This document shows positions 13,101-30,147 of a stretch of DNA of 64,000 nt, piece by piece. Within the stretch, counting starts at the first letter, position 1, and every line of letters begins with the position of its first letter. Made by a program: the position numbers and the translations under genes. The notes beneath the pieces are model-generated. The model did not search any database, was not told where the DNA came from, and saw nothing but the letters and a program-made list of their open reading frames with translations. The stretch is from Malacoraja senta (lineage: Eukaryota), in the NCBI GenBank assembly GCA_038087875.1, contig CM075992.1, forward strand, positions 312,001-376,000, written 5' to 3'.

Positions 13101-16100
13101 GTTTCCTGCATTCAGCCTGTCCTATCCCTTAAGAATTTTATATGTTTCTGTAAGATAATGGGTGATGGATTCGATGATGACGGGTTGTGATATCCCAACA
13201 TGTGGAGTGACGGAAGGGGTCATCTGAGCAGAGAGATCTGTCCTTTCATCTTTCTCAATGATGCGGAGGAAGAGACAGTGCATAGAAAGCACTGGACAAA
13301 AAGACACAGTGTCAGGCAGTCTGAAGAAGGGTTTCGGCCCGAAACGTTACCTATTTCCTTCGCTCCATAGATGCTGCTGCACCCGCTGAGTTTCTCCAGC
13401 ATTTTTGTGTACCTTCTAGCATCAGCAGTTCCTTTTGTCCCCATTCTCTCTTTCTTTCTCTTTTTTTCTTCTTTTATCTGTCTCTACCGTAAATATATTG
13501 AATAATCCATCCTCCACCATCTCTGGGGCAATGAATTTCAGAGATTCATCCGTTTCACTTTAGTTTATTGTCACGTGTACCGAGGTACAGTGAAAAGCTT
13601 TTGTTGAGTGCTAGCCAGTCAGCAGAAAGATAATACATGATTACTATTGAGCTCGACACAAAATGCTGGAGTAACTGAGTGGGACAGGCAGCATCTCTGG
13701 AGAGAAGGAATTCCTTCTCTCCAGAGATGCTGCCTGTCCCGTTGAGTTACTCCAGCATTTTGCGTCTACCTTCGATTTAAACCAGCATCTGCAGTTGTTT
13801 CCTACACATTACAATCGAGCCATTCACAGTGTACCGATACATGATAAGGGAATAACGTTTACTGCAAGGTAAAGCCAGCAAAGTCCAATCAAGGATAGTC
13901 CGAGGGTCACCAGCTCTGAGAGGAGAGGGTTCCACGCACCTCCATTTTAAATGGCAGTCCCCTGGTTTGGGTTAGTGTTGTGTGTTTTTGCGGCTGTCTT
14001 TGTGTACTTGCTAGTAAATAGCTCAAAGGCAGGACTTTGGATTTAATATAGAAATTAATTTATCTTTAATCTGTTCCATTTATTGAACTCAGCAGGTGAT
14101 TTAGATCGAGTTGGCCAAATACCACAAAGTTTAAAAACTGAAGGAGGTAGAACCATTAACGGCACATTCAGTGGGGTGTTGAATAGTGAAATGATGGGAC
14201 AGAATATCAGAAGCTGTGGTAGGTTGGACCTCAATATCCAGAGTGTAAACACCAATGTTGTCTGGTTGTGGAGGACAAGGCCAGGCAGTCCTCCATTACC
14301 TCCATAAAGATGTTATCAAAATGTTACATTTCTGGCTCACATTTTACTTATTTGCTTTAATTTCGCGTAAATTCTGTGAGAGTGAATTTTAAGCCGTATC
14401 TTGAATGTTTGGGTCATGATTTGTGAATTCCCTCGGGTGAATTTGTGGAATGGCAATGGTCAGATTATGAGATGGTCAGTAGCTGTGACCAGCAATACTG
14501 GACATCAGGAGCAGCTGGTCAAAGCTTCAGTTATAATACAGGACTTTATTTCTCTGGTTTATTTTGGTTTGTTTTGTGGACATTCATAATGAGTGCAGCA
14601 AAGTCAGTTAGGTTTGGTTGCTCAGAATGCTTCAGTCAATATGATGCCGAGACTTTGGTTTTCTGTAAGTACAATGAACCCAAAACAACAAGTGATCTGT
14701 CTGTCGCACAATTCACATCGAATCAGATCCCTGATTTGAAATCTCATTTCCCTGATTTCAGACGACCACATATGGGAGTCTACCATCACTGGTCAGACAC
14801 GCTGAGAAAGGTTGGCCTCGGCTTTAAGGAGTTGGCGGCTTTGACCAGCTTTTGGCCGGCACGGCGGTGCAGCGGTAGAGTTGCTGCCTCACAGCGTCAG
14901 AGACCCAGGTTCAATCCTGACTACCGGTGCTGTCTGTACGGAGTTTGTACGTTCTCCCCATGACCGGACTGCTTTCACCGGGTTCTCCACTTTCCTCCCC
15001 ATTCCAAAGACATGCAGGTTTGCAGGTTAATTGGCTAAAAATTGTAAAATTGTAAATTGTCCCTAGTGTGTACAACACCTGAGGCAACACTGACCACACA
15101 TCTCAGCAACAGAGGAGGCTAAGGGACACAGAATGATGAGAGGTGAAGATAGAGTGGCTACTGAGAAACCTCTCCCCAGCCATAGGTTGGGGGTGAAAAT
15201 AAGAGGCTTAGAGGGGATCTGAGGAAGAGGTTTGTTTGGAGCAAGAGGTGGTGGTAACCTGGGGTGCACTGCCTGAGGGACTCACACAACATTTAAGAAA
15301 CATCTGGACAAGTTCTTGAATCCTTGAGGCAATGAAGGCGAATGACTAAGTACAAAAACAGGATCTGTATTGATAAACGGTGGTCGGCATGGACAGGTTG
15401 GGCTGAATGGCCTGTTTCTGTGTATGGACCGTAACTCTTCAACTGGGTGGGACTTTGTGAGGATGGAGAAGGCACTGGTTAAATACATTTAATTGACAAA
15501 TGTTCAGTTCAGGGCCTGTAAAGTAGCAGGTGCGATAGCTCGATGCATTCCAACAAGGATGAGAGGAATTCTGGTGACTGGGTGTAAAGTTAGACTCAGT
15601 GATTCAGACAAATGTTTTTAAATATTCTGGGTGAATTGCAGACATTACAGAGGCAGCCAAAACATTGATTTACTGGGTGAATTTGATCGTCTGTGAAAGA
15701 TTTTGTACCTGCTGACAGGAGGAGGCTACACACATGCACAATTTGTGTGGTATCGTCATGACAACACAGCACTCTATAAAAAAAGTGAGCAAAAATAGCA
15801 TCACAAAACCTCGACAATATTTTTTGGGCAGGAGATCTTTGCTTCCAATGCGCGATCATTTACAGGAAGTGTCTCTGAACTCCGCCACCCACACATCCAG
15901 GAGATTTGTACATTTTCTTCCCGACCAAGGAAGCAGGTCAGATTCCAAAGGCCAAGGCTGACTGAGTCTTGCTCAGTCTGTTCCCGCCGTTACAGGCAAG
16001 GAGTCATGAGATGACAGAGCTGTACAGACTGGAAACAGGCCCTTTGGACCACCTTGTCCATGCCGACCGTCCCTTATTCCTGCATTTGGCCCATATCCCT

Positions 16101-16808
16101 CAAAACCCATCCTATCCAAATATCTGTCCAAATGTCCTTTGAAAGTCATAATTATATCCACATCGATAGCTTCCACTGGCAGCTCATTCCAGATACAGAG
16201 GACCCTCTGAGTGAAAGAGTTGCCCCTGACCTCCCTCACAAGGAGGCCCCTCAGGCCAGGAATGGCCAATGATGAGGACAACATCCCTGGATCTGGGCTC
16301 CCACCAGCCTGGAGCCCCAACACTCCAACATTGCCTATGCTAACAGAAGGCCACCTCCCACTGAACAGTGGATCATGGGATGTTGGCCAATAGCTTTGAT
16401 ACCCATGCCTCACATTTGAGTACTTGGCATTGGATTTACGGTAGGAACATTGAAGGTCATGGAAAGTCAAGAAGGCCAATTGGTCCATCATCCACGTAGG
16501 TATTTAGCAATATCCCCTCCCGACCCCTCTGGTGGGGCGTTGAGTGTTCAGATTGTCTTTTCAGATGCACTTTTTAATCTGCACCTATAACATAAATTCC
16601 TGCACCCTGTCTCCTTGCTCTGTCACTTCCTGATGTATCATGGATGGGTTTCATTGTAATTAGGTATGGATTTTGTTTGTTACCTGGATAGCACATGAAC
16701 CAAAGTGCGAACTCCTGATATTGGGATTGGCATATTGTTCTCACACGTACAGATATACAGCGATTAATCTTGCTTTGCCTGCTATCCAGGTAAATCACCC
16801 TTACATGA

Positions 16809-19034
<2,226 letters not shown>

Positions 19035-20376
19035 AACTTGTGGTAACGTCTTCCATCTGCCACAATAAACTGTGCAGGGAGAGAGCGGAGACACTGCGTA
19101 GGCTAATGATGCAGTGAAGGACCTTCTCTGGAGCAGAACATGGCATGAGCTTGATTGGCAGATTGGCTGTGGCACAACTGATACATGGTCTGTGATTCTT
19201 CCCTTTGGTCCAGCTCAAACACTAGCGACTGCACCTCCTGCCCACCTCTCCCATTGCCTCTGTCCCCCAAAGCCCACCTCACCCTTCCTCGAGCTCCAGA
19301 ACCCAGTCCACTACCTCCCACACTTCCAACCAGCTCAACCCCTCTGTCCCATTTCTCTATTCCCCTCCTCATCTCCCGCTCCCAATTCCTCACTTCGCAC
19401 TGCTCCTGCATCCTTCTCTCCAAAACCCACCCTAACCTCTCCTCATCCCCTATCTCCCCATCTCTCATCCCCACTATTCCCACCACCACCTTGCTTCCCC
19501 CCACGCCCACCCACACACAGAAAGGCACAGGTCTGAGCCGTACACTCTCTCACCCCAGCTATGGTGCCCTCTCTCCATGTGCCTTGAAGCCAAAAGCCAA
19601 AGAACTCCACTATGAATACATTCAACCTCAGGACATCCATGGCTTTCTGGGGGAGTTCCAATGTTGTTCCCAGTGAGTCCCTCTCAGATCCAATTCCTCC
19701 CACATTTACCCCAATGCCAGCCCCAGCTCTGAGCTCCCTGCCTCAGCCCGAATACTGATCGTGGGCTCACATTGAGAGGGTAATGGCCCACGACGTCACT
19801 CAGTCCCAACTCCCAGCAAGTTCTCAGCTGTGGAACCATGAGGGAGGGGCAGCAGGGGCTCGACCTACAGCCAGGGTCTGAGGACCTACCCTGGGCCTTC
19901 TGTTGGACAGCAGAGAGAGGAGGGGAACTCAGACAGGAGCCAACAATCTGCATGTCAGAGACACAAAGTGTGCACTCACCACCCAATTACATAAAGAGCT
20001 GTGACAGCAGCCCCATGAATAATCACACTGGTTGCTATTTATAAAGCAGAGATAGAAGATTCTGGGTTATGCTATTCTGGGAGAAGATTTAACGTGATGC
20101 TACACATGTTCACTGAGCTGTCAAAGCAACTCTCTTCAGCAGCACGAGCCCCACATCTCTTCACAATTATGTATTTGGACTCGATATCTTTCCACGCTCC
20201 TCCCCATATACAGCGGAGAAGAGAGGCCTCGGGAATTGCGTAGCTTCCTCTTGCTGCTGTAACGCAGGGAGCTCATATTCCTGCCTCACATCCTGACACC
20301 CCACGGTTCTCAAACCATCAACAAAGCACGGGTCAGGAGAATGATCACCACTACCCACAGCTCCAGCAATGGTCAA

Positions 20377-21368
20377 AGACAGAGACACAGAGACACAGAG
20401 ACAGGGTCGCACAGACACAGAGACACAGAGTCACAGTCACAGAGACACAGAGACACAGAGACACAGAGACAGGGTCGCAGAGACACATACATAGACACAG
20501 ACACAGAGACACAGAGACATAGACACAGAGACATAGACACAGAGACACAGACACAGAGACACAGACACACAGAGACAGAGACACAGAGACACAGACACAG
20601 AGACACAGAGACACAGAGACACACAGACACAGAGACACACAGACACAGAGACACAGAGACACAGAGACATAGTCACAGACACAGAGACACAGAGACATAG
20701 ATACACAGAGACACAGAGTCACAGAGACACAGAGACACAGAGACACAGAGACAGGGTCGCACAGACACAGAGACACGGAGTCACAGAGACACAGAGACAC
20801 AGAGACACACAGACACAGAGACACAGAGACACAGAGACACAGAGACACAGAGACACAGTCACAAACACAGAGACACAGAGACACAGAGACACACAGACAC
20901 AGAGACACAGAGACACAGAGACACAGTCACAAACACAGAGACACAGAGACAGACAGACACAGAGACACAGAGACAGAGTCGCACAGACACAGACACAGAG
21001 ACAGAGACACAGAGACACAGAGACAGGGTCGCAGAGACACATACACAGACACAGAGACACAGAGACATAGACACAGAGACACAGACACAGAGACACAGAC
21101 ACACAGAGACAGAGACACAGACACAGAGACACAGACACAGAGACACAGACACACAGAGACAGAGACACAGTCACAGAGACAGAGACACAGAGACACAGAG
21201 ACACAGAGACACAGAGACACAGAGACACAGAGACACAGAGACACAGACACAGAGACACAGAGACACAGAGACACAGAGACACAGTCACAGAGACACAGAG
21301 ACACAGAGACACAGAGACACAGACACAGAGACACAGAGACACAGAGACACAGAGACACAGAGACACAG
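20377..21368 (+). repeat. (GACACAGA/GACACA)n compound microsatellite, about 1 kb
   Basis: Reverse complement of the 4948-5287 motif. Confidence 0.95.
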
Positions 21369-24300
21369 ATGGTGGAGGCACATACAATAGTCTCTTTAAA
21401 AATACTTTTAGACCGGCACGGATATGCAGGGAATGGAGAGATATGGATCGTATTCAAGCAAAGACGATTTAACTTAACGTTTAAACATGTTTGGTACAGA
21501 CATTGTGGCCGAAGGGCCTGTTCCTGTGCTGTACTCTTCGATGTTCTATACAGGATGGGTGATATGATTGATGTGAAATGTAACATTTACATAGATATGT
21601 GCCCATACGGAACATCCAAAGTATTTGTCAATGATGGATCTTTTGTACCGATGTTGAAAAATAAATTACGTGACACATGTAACGATGGACAGAAAATGAC
21701 AGAATTGTCATGAAAATGCAGTAACATTTAGATAGGTACATGGATAGAGGTTTGAATGGATATCGGCTAAATGTAGGTGGGACTAGTGTAGCTGGGGCAC
21801 GTTGGTCGGTGTGGGCATGTTGGGCTGAAGGGCCTGTTTCCACGCTGTGAGACTTACTCCAGCATCATTCCAAACAATCTCATTCTTGTTTGTGGGATGT
21901 TTCTGGCACTAGTTATCTGCAGAGTTCCCATTCTTCAAAATCTCTACCATTGTACTCTCTCATTCAAACTCACACAGAATGTAAAACAGTACAGCACAGG
22001 AACACAGTGCCAGTGCCGAACATCATGCCACCTTAAATTGATCTCATCCGCTGCTGGTGATCCATATCCCTCCGTTCCCGATATATCCACGTTCCTATCT
22101 AAAAGCCCCCTAAACACCACTATCATATCGGCCCCCCCCCCTCACCCCATCCTCTGAGCCCCACACATCTCCTTTAAACGTTGCCCCTCTGCTCTTAAAG
22201 CTATGCCCTCTAGTCTCCGGGAATGAAGGTTCTGACTGTCCACAGTGTCTAGGCCTCTCATAATGTTATGTTCTTCTGTCAGGTGTCCCCATAGCCTGTG
22301 ACGTTCCACAGTTTGTCCGACCTCCTCTTGTCTTTGAAGCAATATTCAGGGTTCCCCTTCATTGCAGGTGGGGTTATTTTCTCCACAGTTTCGGGACAGA
22401 TTTGGCAAATGAGCATAAAGTTGGCAGGGTGAGGGGGAGAGAGAGTTTCCGTCACTGGGCCATTGTCCCGTGACCCTGCTGAGTGTTTGCTGGTACACAT
22501 ATGTTGCTGGCCATATGGCAGAAAGTGGGGCACAGATAGAGCACACATCAGAGCATACGTCACGGGACCCAGGCGTGTCGAATCCCATTCCCCAGTGAGG
22601 GCCTCTCCCCTCACGAGCCACGGCAATTAGCTTCTCCCAGCACCAGATGGGACCTCAGCAAATCTGTTCCAAACCCAGGCTGCCACTTAATTACAACCCC
22701 CACTAAACAGGAGGTAACAATGATGTACTTGTGACCCCAGAGATATTGTCCAAACCACTATCGATCCTTGCTGTCTGGCTTGCCGGCAGTCTGCAGGTGA
22801 ATAGAAAGGAGGAGAACTGTTGTTTAGTTAAATAAAGACACAGAGTGCTGGAGTAACTCAGCGGGTCAGGCAGCATCTGTGGAGAACATGGATAGGTGAC
22901 GTTTCCACAGTGCGGTTTCTGAAGATGAGTCACGACATGAAACGTCACCTAACCATGTTCTCCAGAGATGCTACCTGACCCGCGGAGTTACTCCAGTACT
23001 CTGTGACTTTTTTTGTAAAGCAGCATCTGCAGTTCCTTGTTTCTACATTGTTGTTTTATTACAGTTAGCATTAGATTCTGAGTTTACGTGGCAACGTTAG
23101 ACTATCCACTAGCCGAGCTGCCCCAGCCCAGTCATGGTTAGAATGTGGAAGTCAATCACCAAGCTGTGCACAGCAAGATCCCACTAAGACAAAGGAATCA
23201 ATATCTGATAGCTGGTGTTCAGCTGTAGGAGGGGTTATGGCATATTGGCCTTGGCATAGTTCTCATATAGCAGGGAAACAGGCCCTTCAGCCCATCGAGT
23301 TTACACTGGCCCACAAACACCCACTTACACCTGTCTCATTTGGTCATCGACCACAGCCAGTAACTTTCCACAAATCCCCACACTGACCGGTGGGAGAGAG
23401 AAAGTCCAGTGGTCAGTTAACCTGTTGACCCTTGAACCTTTGGGCTGTGGGAGGAGATTAAAACCCACCCGGTCACAGGCAGAACGTGCAAACTCCGCGC
23501 GGTCAGAACCCGGGGTCGGGATTGAACCCGGGTGACAGGATCTTTGAGGCAATGGTACTACCTGTTGCACTGTTGCCTCAAGTACTGCGGGTCATAGGTT
23601 GATTCACCATCTTACATCAGTGCTGAGCTTCTGGTTGGATTATGGGACTTGGAGGCCAAGGTTGGGACCCACTGCGGCACCAACCACAGGAACTGTTGAC
23701 AGACCACTGACCAACAATGACCCTCCTGCTCCAACACTCCAGATGGTCAGACACACAGCCACATGTCCATCTCTCTGACCACTGACCAAGGCCAGGTAAT
23801 GGAGAGACCACACATGGCCTTGCCGAGGTGACAAGTTCTCCCGTGAACAATACGTTCACCTTCAGCCCATTGTCTCCCCACCAAAGACCATAGATCACCG
23901 CTGTCCCTCCCGTGTCAGTCACCCTGCTTCATCTACGTTTAGTTGTTGTAAGGATCGGGAGGCTGAGTCTTTGATGGAAAGGATGTGCGTGTGTTGGAGG
24001 TTGCCATGGAGACCAGGGTCCCTTAGGGTTAATTTATGAAACAATTTGCACCTCGTCCCATGGGATGTCACTGTAATGAGTGCCTTAGTTCATAACGCTG
24101 GCCTTTCTTTGCCTTCTGTGCATCGGATTAGATGAGCGACTTTTTTAAAAGCCAATTTGCCCGACAGATGGAGGAATTGCATTATTACCGTGGCAAAATT
24201 AGCCTAGGAATTCTCCGGGGATGGAGCTTGGATTGTGATGTGTGATGGATTATGGGGAGGTCACTTCAACAAGACTCCACTGCTCAATCTGTTCACTGTA

Positions 24301-25193
24301 GCAGGCAATTAGTGGCTTATTTTAACACATCAGCAACATCGGCTGAAAGAGAGATTCAAACCTTCTCAATATATTATCAGTGTTCGCCTTTCATTTCGAT
24401 TTAGCCAAACCTTTTCAAAACAGCAGTCGCTGAAACCTTTATCCCGCCACATCTTTCACATGGGTGGATATTTAATTGGACTGATTTTCAAATAAACATT
24501 GTTGCCGGAGGTCCCCATTGCGTACAGAACAGTCATATGTATCTCCAATGTATCTCCAAGCAAGGGTGAGCTTTAGTGGGACAACTGTCCTACCACAAGA
24601 CCCATGGAAGTAGCAGCAAGAGTAGACCACCTCGTCCCACCAAGTGACTCCACTGACGCTGTTATGATGTTTTTCACTCTGAGCTTGCGGGTTTGGGAGA
24701 AGTGGGTAGGCTGGGACTTCATTCTTTTGAGTGTTGGAGGCTGAGGGATGACCTTATTGAGGTGTACAACATCATGAGGGGCCCGGATAAAGTGGATGCC
24801 CACAGTCTTTTGCCCAGGGTAAAGGATTCTAGTACTAGAGAGCACAGGCTTCAGGTGAGAGGGGCGAGTTTTAATAAGAATTTAATAAGGACCTCAAGGG
24901 CATTTTTCTTTCACTCAGAGGGTAGTTCGTATCTGGAATGAGCTGTCAGAGGAAGCTGATATCCAGATACATTTACAACTTTTAAAAGACCTTTGGATAG
25001 ATGTATGGATAGAAAGGGTTTAGAGGGATATGGGCCAAATGCAGGCAAATGGATATAGCTCAGTCACCATGGACAAGGTGGGCAAAAGGACCTGTTTCTC
25101 TGATATTGTGACTCTGTGACTCTGTGACTCCGTTACACTATGACTCAGTCTGTGACTGCATGACACTATGCCACACATATTGAGCACAACTGA

Positions 25194-25391
<198 letters not shown>

Positions 25392-26179
25392 TAGGGCCAC
25401 TGGAAACAGAGACCGTGATCTTGGATGCAGTCCTGCTCACTGCCGACACCATCATCACAAAATGCTGGAGTAACTCAGCGGGACAGGCAGCATCTCTGGA
25501 GAGAAGGAATGGGTGACTTTTAGGGTAGAGTCTGAAGAAGAGCTTTGTCTCCCATTCCTTCTCTCCAGAGATGTTGCCTGTTACTCCAGCCTGAGTTACT
25601 CCAGCATTTTGTGTCTATCTTTGGTGTAAAGCAGCATCTGCAGTTTCTTCCTACACATGATCAGATATAAAATACACTCATTCCATCATGTTCTTTTCTT
25701 TAGAGAATGGTGTAAAGAATTGTTCATTCTTCTTACCATGATGCTGTTCTATATAGACCAACCATGTCATGGCAACCATGTATTAGGGATTACAACGCTT
25801 AGTTTACCAAGACTATTTCTACAGTTATATATTATTGTGGTGAGGTATTGTTCCTTGTCTTTGCCTCATCTTCAATGAGATTCATTCCCGGTTGGGACTC
25901 TCTTCACTTAAAGAGATTTAAATTTACTCTTCACTGTCTTAAACCTTTGACATCTTGCTTCTGTCTGAGTATATGTTCAGATTCCACTCACAGGTCTTCC
26001 TATACATTCACTGTTCACACCTCTTCATGAGGATCTTTCAGTCTAATCAAAGTTAAAAGACAGCCAGCAACCAAAACTATCCACCTTGCAATGTGGTGGA
26101 GCCATAGCCTCGGCAAGCGAGGATCAGACTGCAACTCCGAGGGAAGTTTAAGGAGAGAGTGTAAACTATACTCCAATGA

Positions 26180-27190
26180 GATAATAATAATAATAATACA
26201 TTTTATTTATGGGCGCCTTATACCAAAGTCTCAAGGACACCTTACAGAATTTAACAAGTAAGAAACATATAATCGGAGTAAAATAAATTATAAAGACATC
26301 ACCAATACACAAATTAAAGACAGAATTCAATCCAAAGACAAAAAAATCAGAAACACTATGTGAAGAGAGAGCAGCGGCAGCTAAACCGCGCTAGCGTCCA
26401 CTCTCCCTTCCGACCGCCATCTTGGACACAGACTAAAATATACACTACACACAAAAATCATCCCCCCACAATGGTTACCACTGTGGGGGAAGGCACAATG
26501 TCCAGTCGCCATCCCCAGTTCTCCCAAAGTCAGGCCTATTGAGGCCTCCGCTATTGCCTCTACGGAGGCCCGATGTTCCTGGCCGTTCTCACCGGGTGCT
26601 GTTGCCCCGGCGTGGGGAGAGTCCTCTCAGCGGCTGGGCTGGGCCACCTGGAACGGCCGCATTCCTGACCGGAGGCCTCGGCTTCCGAAGCCGACAAGGC
26701 CGCGCCGGTTTGGAGCTCCCAGGCTTTCGATGTTGAAGTCGATAATAGAGTTGGCGCCGCTGCCTGCGGCTGGCCGCTCCGCAGTCCCGCAGCCCGGAGG
26801 TGTTGACCTCGGTGGTCACAGCTCACCAGAGCTCCAGCGCGTCGATCCAGCGCGTCGACCCAGGCAAGGCATCGCCCGCTCTGCTCCGCGATAGCGCTCC
26901 AGCGCTGTGCCGCCACCGAAGCTGAAGGTGCTGGGCAGTCCCCGCCAGGAAACGCCGCTCCAGGCCCGTTGGTAGGCCGCAAGGATGGGTCGACGGGGCA
27001 GCCCGGAGAAAAAGCTGCCTCACCGACCAGGTAGGGACCTAGTTTCCCCCTTACCCCCCCCCCCCCCACCCCACATGAAAAGTCAAAATTCCCCAACAGA
27101 CATAGACACAAAAAACTAAAAACTAAGAAAAAAAGTGAATTTAACGGACAGCTGCTGGTTAGCAGCCGTTCCCCAAGATGGCTCCCCCTC
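26180..27190 (-). mobile_element. CpG-rich interspersed repeat with LINE-like (TAT)n tail
   Basis: Shares sequence blocks with 48141-48940; minus strand ends ...aggcgcccataaataaaatgtattattatt. Confidence 0.55.
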
Positions 27191-27361
27191 CTCCGATGAG
27201 GGAGGGAGAAGAGGAAACATTGGGAGGGTAGGAAGGGAAAGAGACAAAAAGAAAAAAGAAGTGAAAGACAAAAATAAATAATGGAGAGTTTAAAAAATGA
27301 GAGATAGAATGAGAAAGAGAGAAAAAAGAGAGAAACCTTTTGAGAGAAGATTGTAAGGGTC

Positions 27362-27561
27362 NNNNNNNNNNNNNNNNNNNNNNNNNNNNNNNNNNNNNNN
27401 NNNNNNNNNNNNNNNNNNNNNNNNNNNNNNNNNNNNNNNNNNNNNNNNNNNNNNNNNNNNNNNNNNNNNNNNNNNNNNNNNNNNNNNNNNNNNNNNNNNN
27501 NNNNNNNNNNNNNNNNNNNNNNNNNNNNNNNNNNNNNNNNNNNNNNNNNNNNNNNNNNNNN
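27362..27561. other. Assembly gap (200 N)
   Basis: Run of exactly 200 N; a CR1 copy runs into its right edge. Confidence 0.99.
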
Positions 27562-29353
27562 TCTGGTGAACCTTCTCTGCACTCCCTCTATGGCTATAAT
27601 GTCCTTCCTCAGATTTGGAGACCAAAACTGTACGCAATACTCCAGGTGTGGTCTCACCAAGACCCTGTACAACTGCAGTAGAACCTCCCTGCTCCTATAC
27701 TCAAATCCTTTTGCTATGAAAGCTAACATACCATTCGCTTTCTTCACTGCCTGCTGCACCTGCATGCCTACTTTCAATGACTGGTGTACCATGACACCCA
27801 GGTCTCGCTGCATCTCCCCTTTTCCTAATCGGCCACCATTTAGATAATAGTCTGCTTTCCTGTTTTTGCCACCAAAGAGGATAACCTCACATTTATCCAC
27901 ATTATACTGCATCTGCCGAACATTTGCCCACTCACCCAGCCTATCCAAGTCACCTTGCAGTCTCCTAGCATCCTCCTCACAGCTAACACTGCCCCCCCAG
28001 CTTAGTGTCATCCGCAAACTTGGAGATGTTGCCTTCAATTCCCTCATCCAGTTCATTAATATAAATTGTAAATAGCTGGGGTCCCAGCACTGAGCCTTGC
28101 GGTACCCACTAGTCACTGCCTGCCATTGTGAAAAGGACCCGTTTATTCCTACTCTTTGCTTCCTGTTTGACAGCCAGTTCTCTATCCACATCAATACTGA
28201 ACCCCCAATACCGTGTGCTTTAAGCTTGTATATTAATCTCTTATGTGGGACCTTGTCGAAAGCCTTCTGAAAGTCCAGATACAACACATCCACTGGTTGT
28301 CCCCTATCCACTCTACTAGTTACATCCTCGAAAAATTCTATAAGATTCGTCAGACATGATTTACCTTTCGTAAATCCATGCTGACTTTGTCCAATGATTT
28401 CACCACTTCCCATCTTTAATAACTGACTCTAGCAGTTTCCCCACAACCGATGTTAGACTAACTGGTCTGTAATTCCCCGTTTTCTCTCTCCCTCCCTTCT
28501 TAAAAAGTGGGGTTACGTTTGCTACCCTCCAATCCTCAGGAACTACTCCAGAGTCTAAAGAGTTTTGAAAAATTATCACTAATGCATCCACTATTTCTGG
28601 AGCTACTTCCTTAAGTAATCTGGGATGCAGCCTATCTGGCCCTGGTGATTTATCGGCCTTTAATCCATTCAATTTACCCAACACCACTTCCCGACTAACC
28701 TGGATTTCACTCAGTTCCTCCATCTCCTTTGACCCGCGGTCCCCTGCTATTTCCGGGAATATTTATTTATGTCTTCCTTAGTGAAGACGGAACCACAAGT
28801 AGTTATTCAATTGGTCCGCCATATCCTTGTTCCCCATGATCAATTCACCTGTTTCTGACTGCAAGGGACCTACATTTGTTTTAACTAATCTCTTTCTCTT
28901 CACATATCTATAAAAACTTTTGCAGTCAGTTTTTATGTTCCCTGCCAGTTTTCTTTCATAATCTATTTTCCCTTTCCTAATTAAGCCCTTTGTCCTCCTC
29001 TGCGGGTCTCTGAATTTCTCCCAGTCCTCTGGTATGCTGCTTTTTCTGGCTAATTTGTACGCATCATCTTTTGCTTTGATACTATCCCTGATTTCCCTTG
29101 TTATCCACGGATGCACTACCTTCCCTGATTTATTCTTTTGCCAAACTGTGATGAACAATTTTTGTAGTTCATCCATGCAGTCTTTAAATGCCTCCCATGG
29201 CATATCCACCGTCAACCCTTTTAGAACCAATTGCCAGTCAATCTTGGCCAATTCATGTCTCATACCCTCAAAGTTACCTTTCTTTAAGTTCAGAACCATT
29301 GTTTCTGAATTAACAATGTCACTCTCCATCCTAATGAAGAACTCAACCATATT
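27562..29353 (-). mobile_element. CR1-clade LINE, same family, inverted, cut by the gap
   Basis: Highly similar reverse complement of 17041-18555, plus about 290 bp further 5' (..MVEFFIRMES..). Lies in the PRKCSH intron after coding exon 4. Confidence 0.95.
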
Positions 29354-29364
29354 AAGCTTTTGGT

Positions 29365-29665
29365 CAGCATAGTGGCGCAGCGGTAGAGTGGCTGCCTTAC
29401 AGCACCATTGATCTGGGTTCTATCCTGGCTTCGGGTGCTGTCTGTACAGAGTTTGTACGTTCTACCCGTGACCTGCGTGGGTTTTCTCCGGATTTCCGCC
29501 ACATTCCAAAGACGTGTAGGTTAATTGACTTCTGTAAATTGCCCCTAGTTTGTCGGATGCAAAACTGGGTCACAGAACTAGAGTACGAGTGATCATTAGT
29601 CGGCACGGACTCTACGGGCCAAAGGACCTGCTCCCACACTGTATCTCTAAACTAAAACTAAACTA
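29365..29665 (+). mobile_element. HE1/V-SINE-type SINE
   Basis: gtggcgcagcggtagag head, conserved core, (ctaaa)n tail. Confidence 0.8.
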
Positions 29666-30089
29666 ATGCTTCACTCAAACAACCCCTACTGGAGCTTCTG
29701 TGGAAGCTCAACTCAAATGGACAGAAAGAATAAGTCATTGGCTGAAACTGAAGACATGCCCCAGAATAATCACCGGCTTAAGGACAGATGTTCAATACAC
29801 ATCTGCAATTCAGACCAAGTTTGAAACCAGACAATCACAGGGGCAGCCAATAGCAGCAGTAAGGATAGGACAGGGAGGGGGTCGTTATCTTGATATTTTC
29901 AGGAACAAAGGCAAGTCACAGCCAGAGCTACGGGAAGTATGAGCCAAATTCACAATTATTCACAAAGACATGGTGTTTGTTGCATTAACACTAATCTTCA
30001 CGCAACAATAAACATACCATTTATATTCTCCCTCAAATTCCACCCTTCATGCAGTCACTGACAATAAAGGTTCACCTGGGTCTACTTAC

Positions 30090-30147
30090 TTGCAGGTGTT
30101 GAGACACGTAGCACCACTGTTATACTCGTCTGTAGTGTCACAGCAAT
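30090..30147 (-). CDS. PRKCSH: Glucosidase II beta subunit, 4th coding exon (58 nt)
   Basis: ctacAG|(D)CCDTTDEYNSGATCLNTC(K)|gtaagt; matches the DCCDGTDEYNSG..CENTC motif of PRKCSH. Confidence 0.92.

Noticed and set aside
26560..28413. 617-aa minus-strand ORF
   Set aside because: Artefact: frameshifted CR1 RT read through the N gap into an unrelated repeat.
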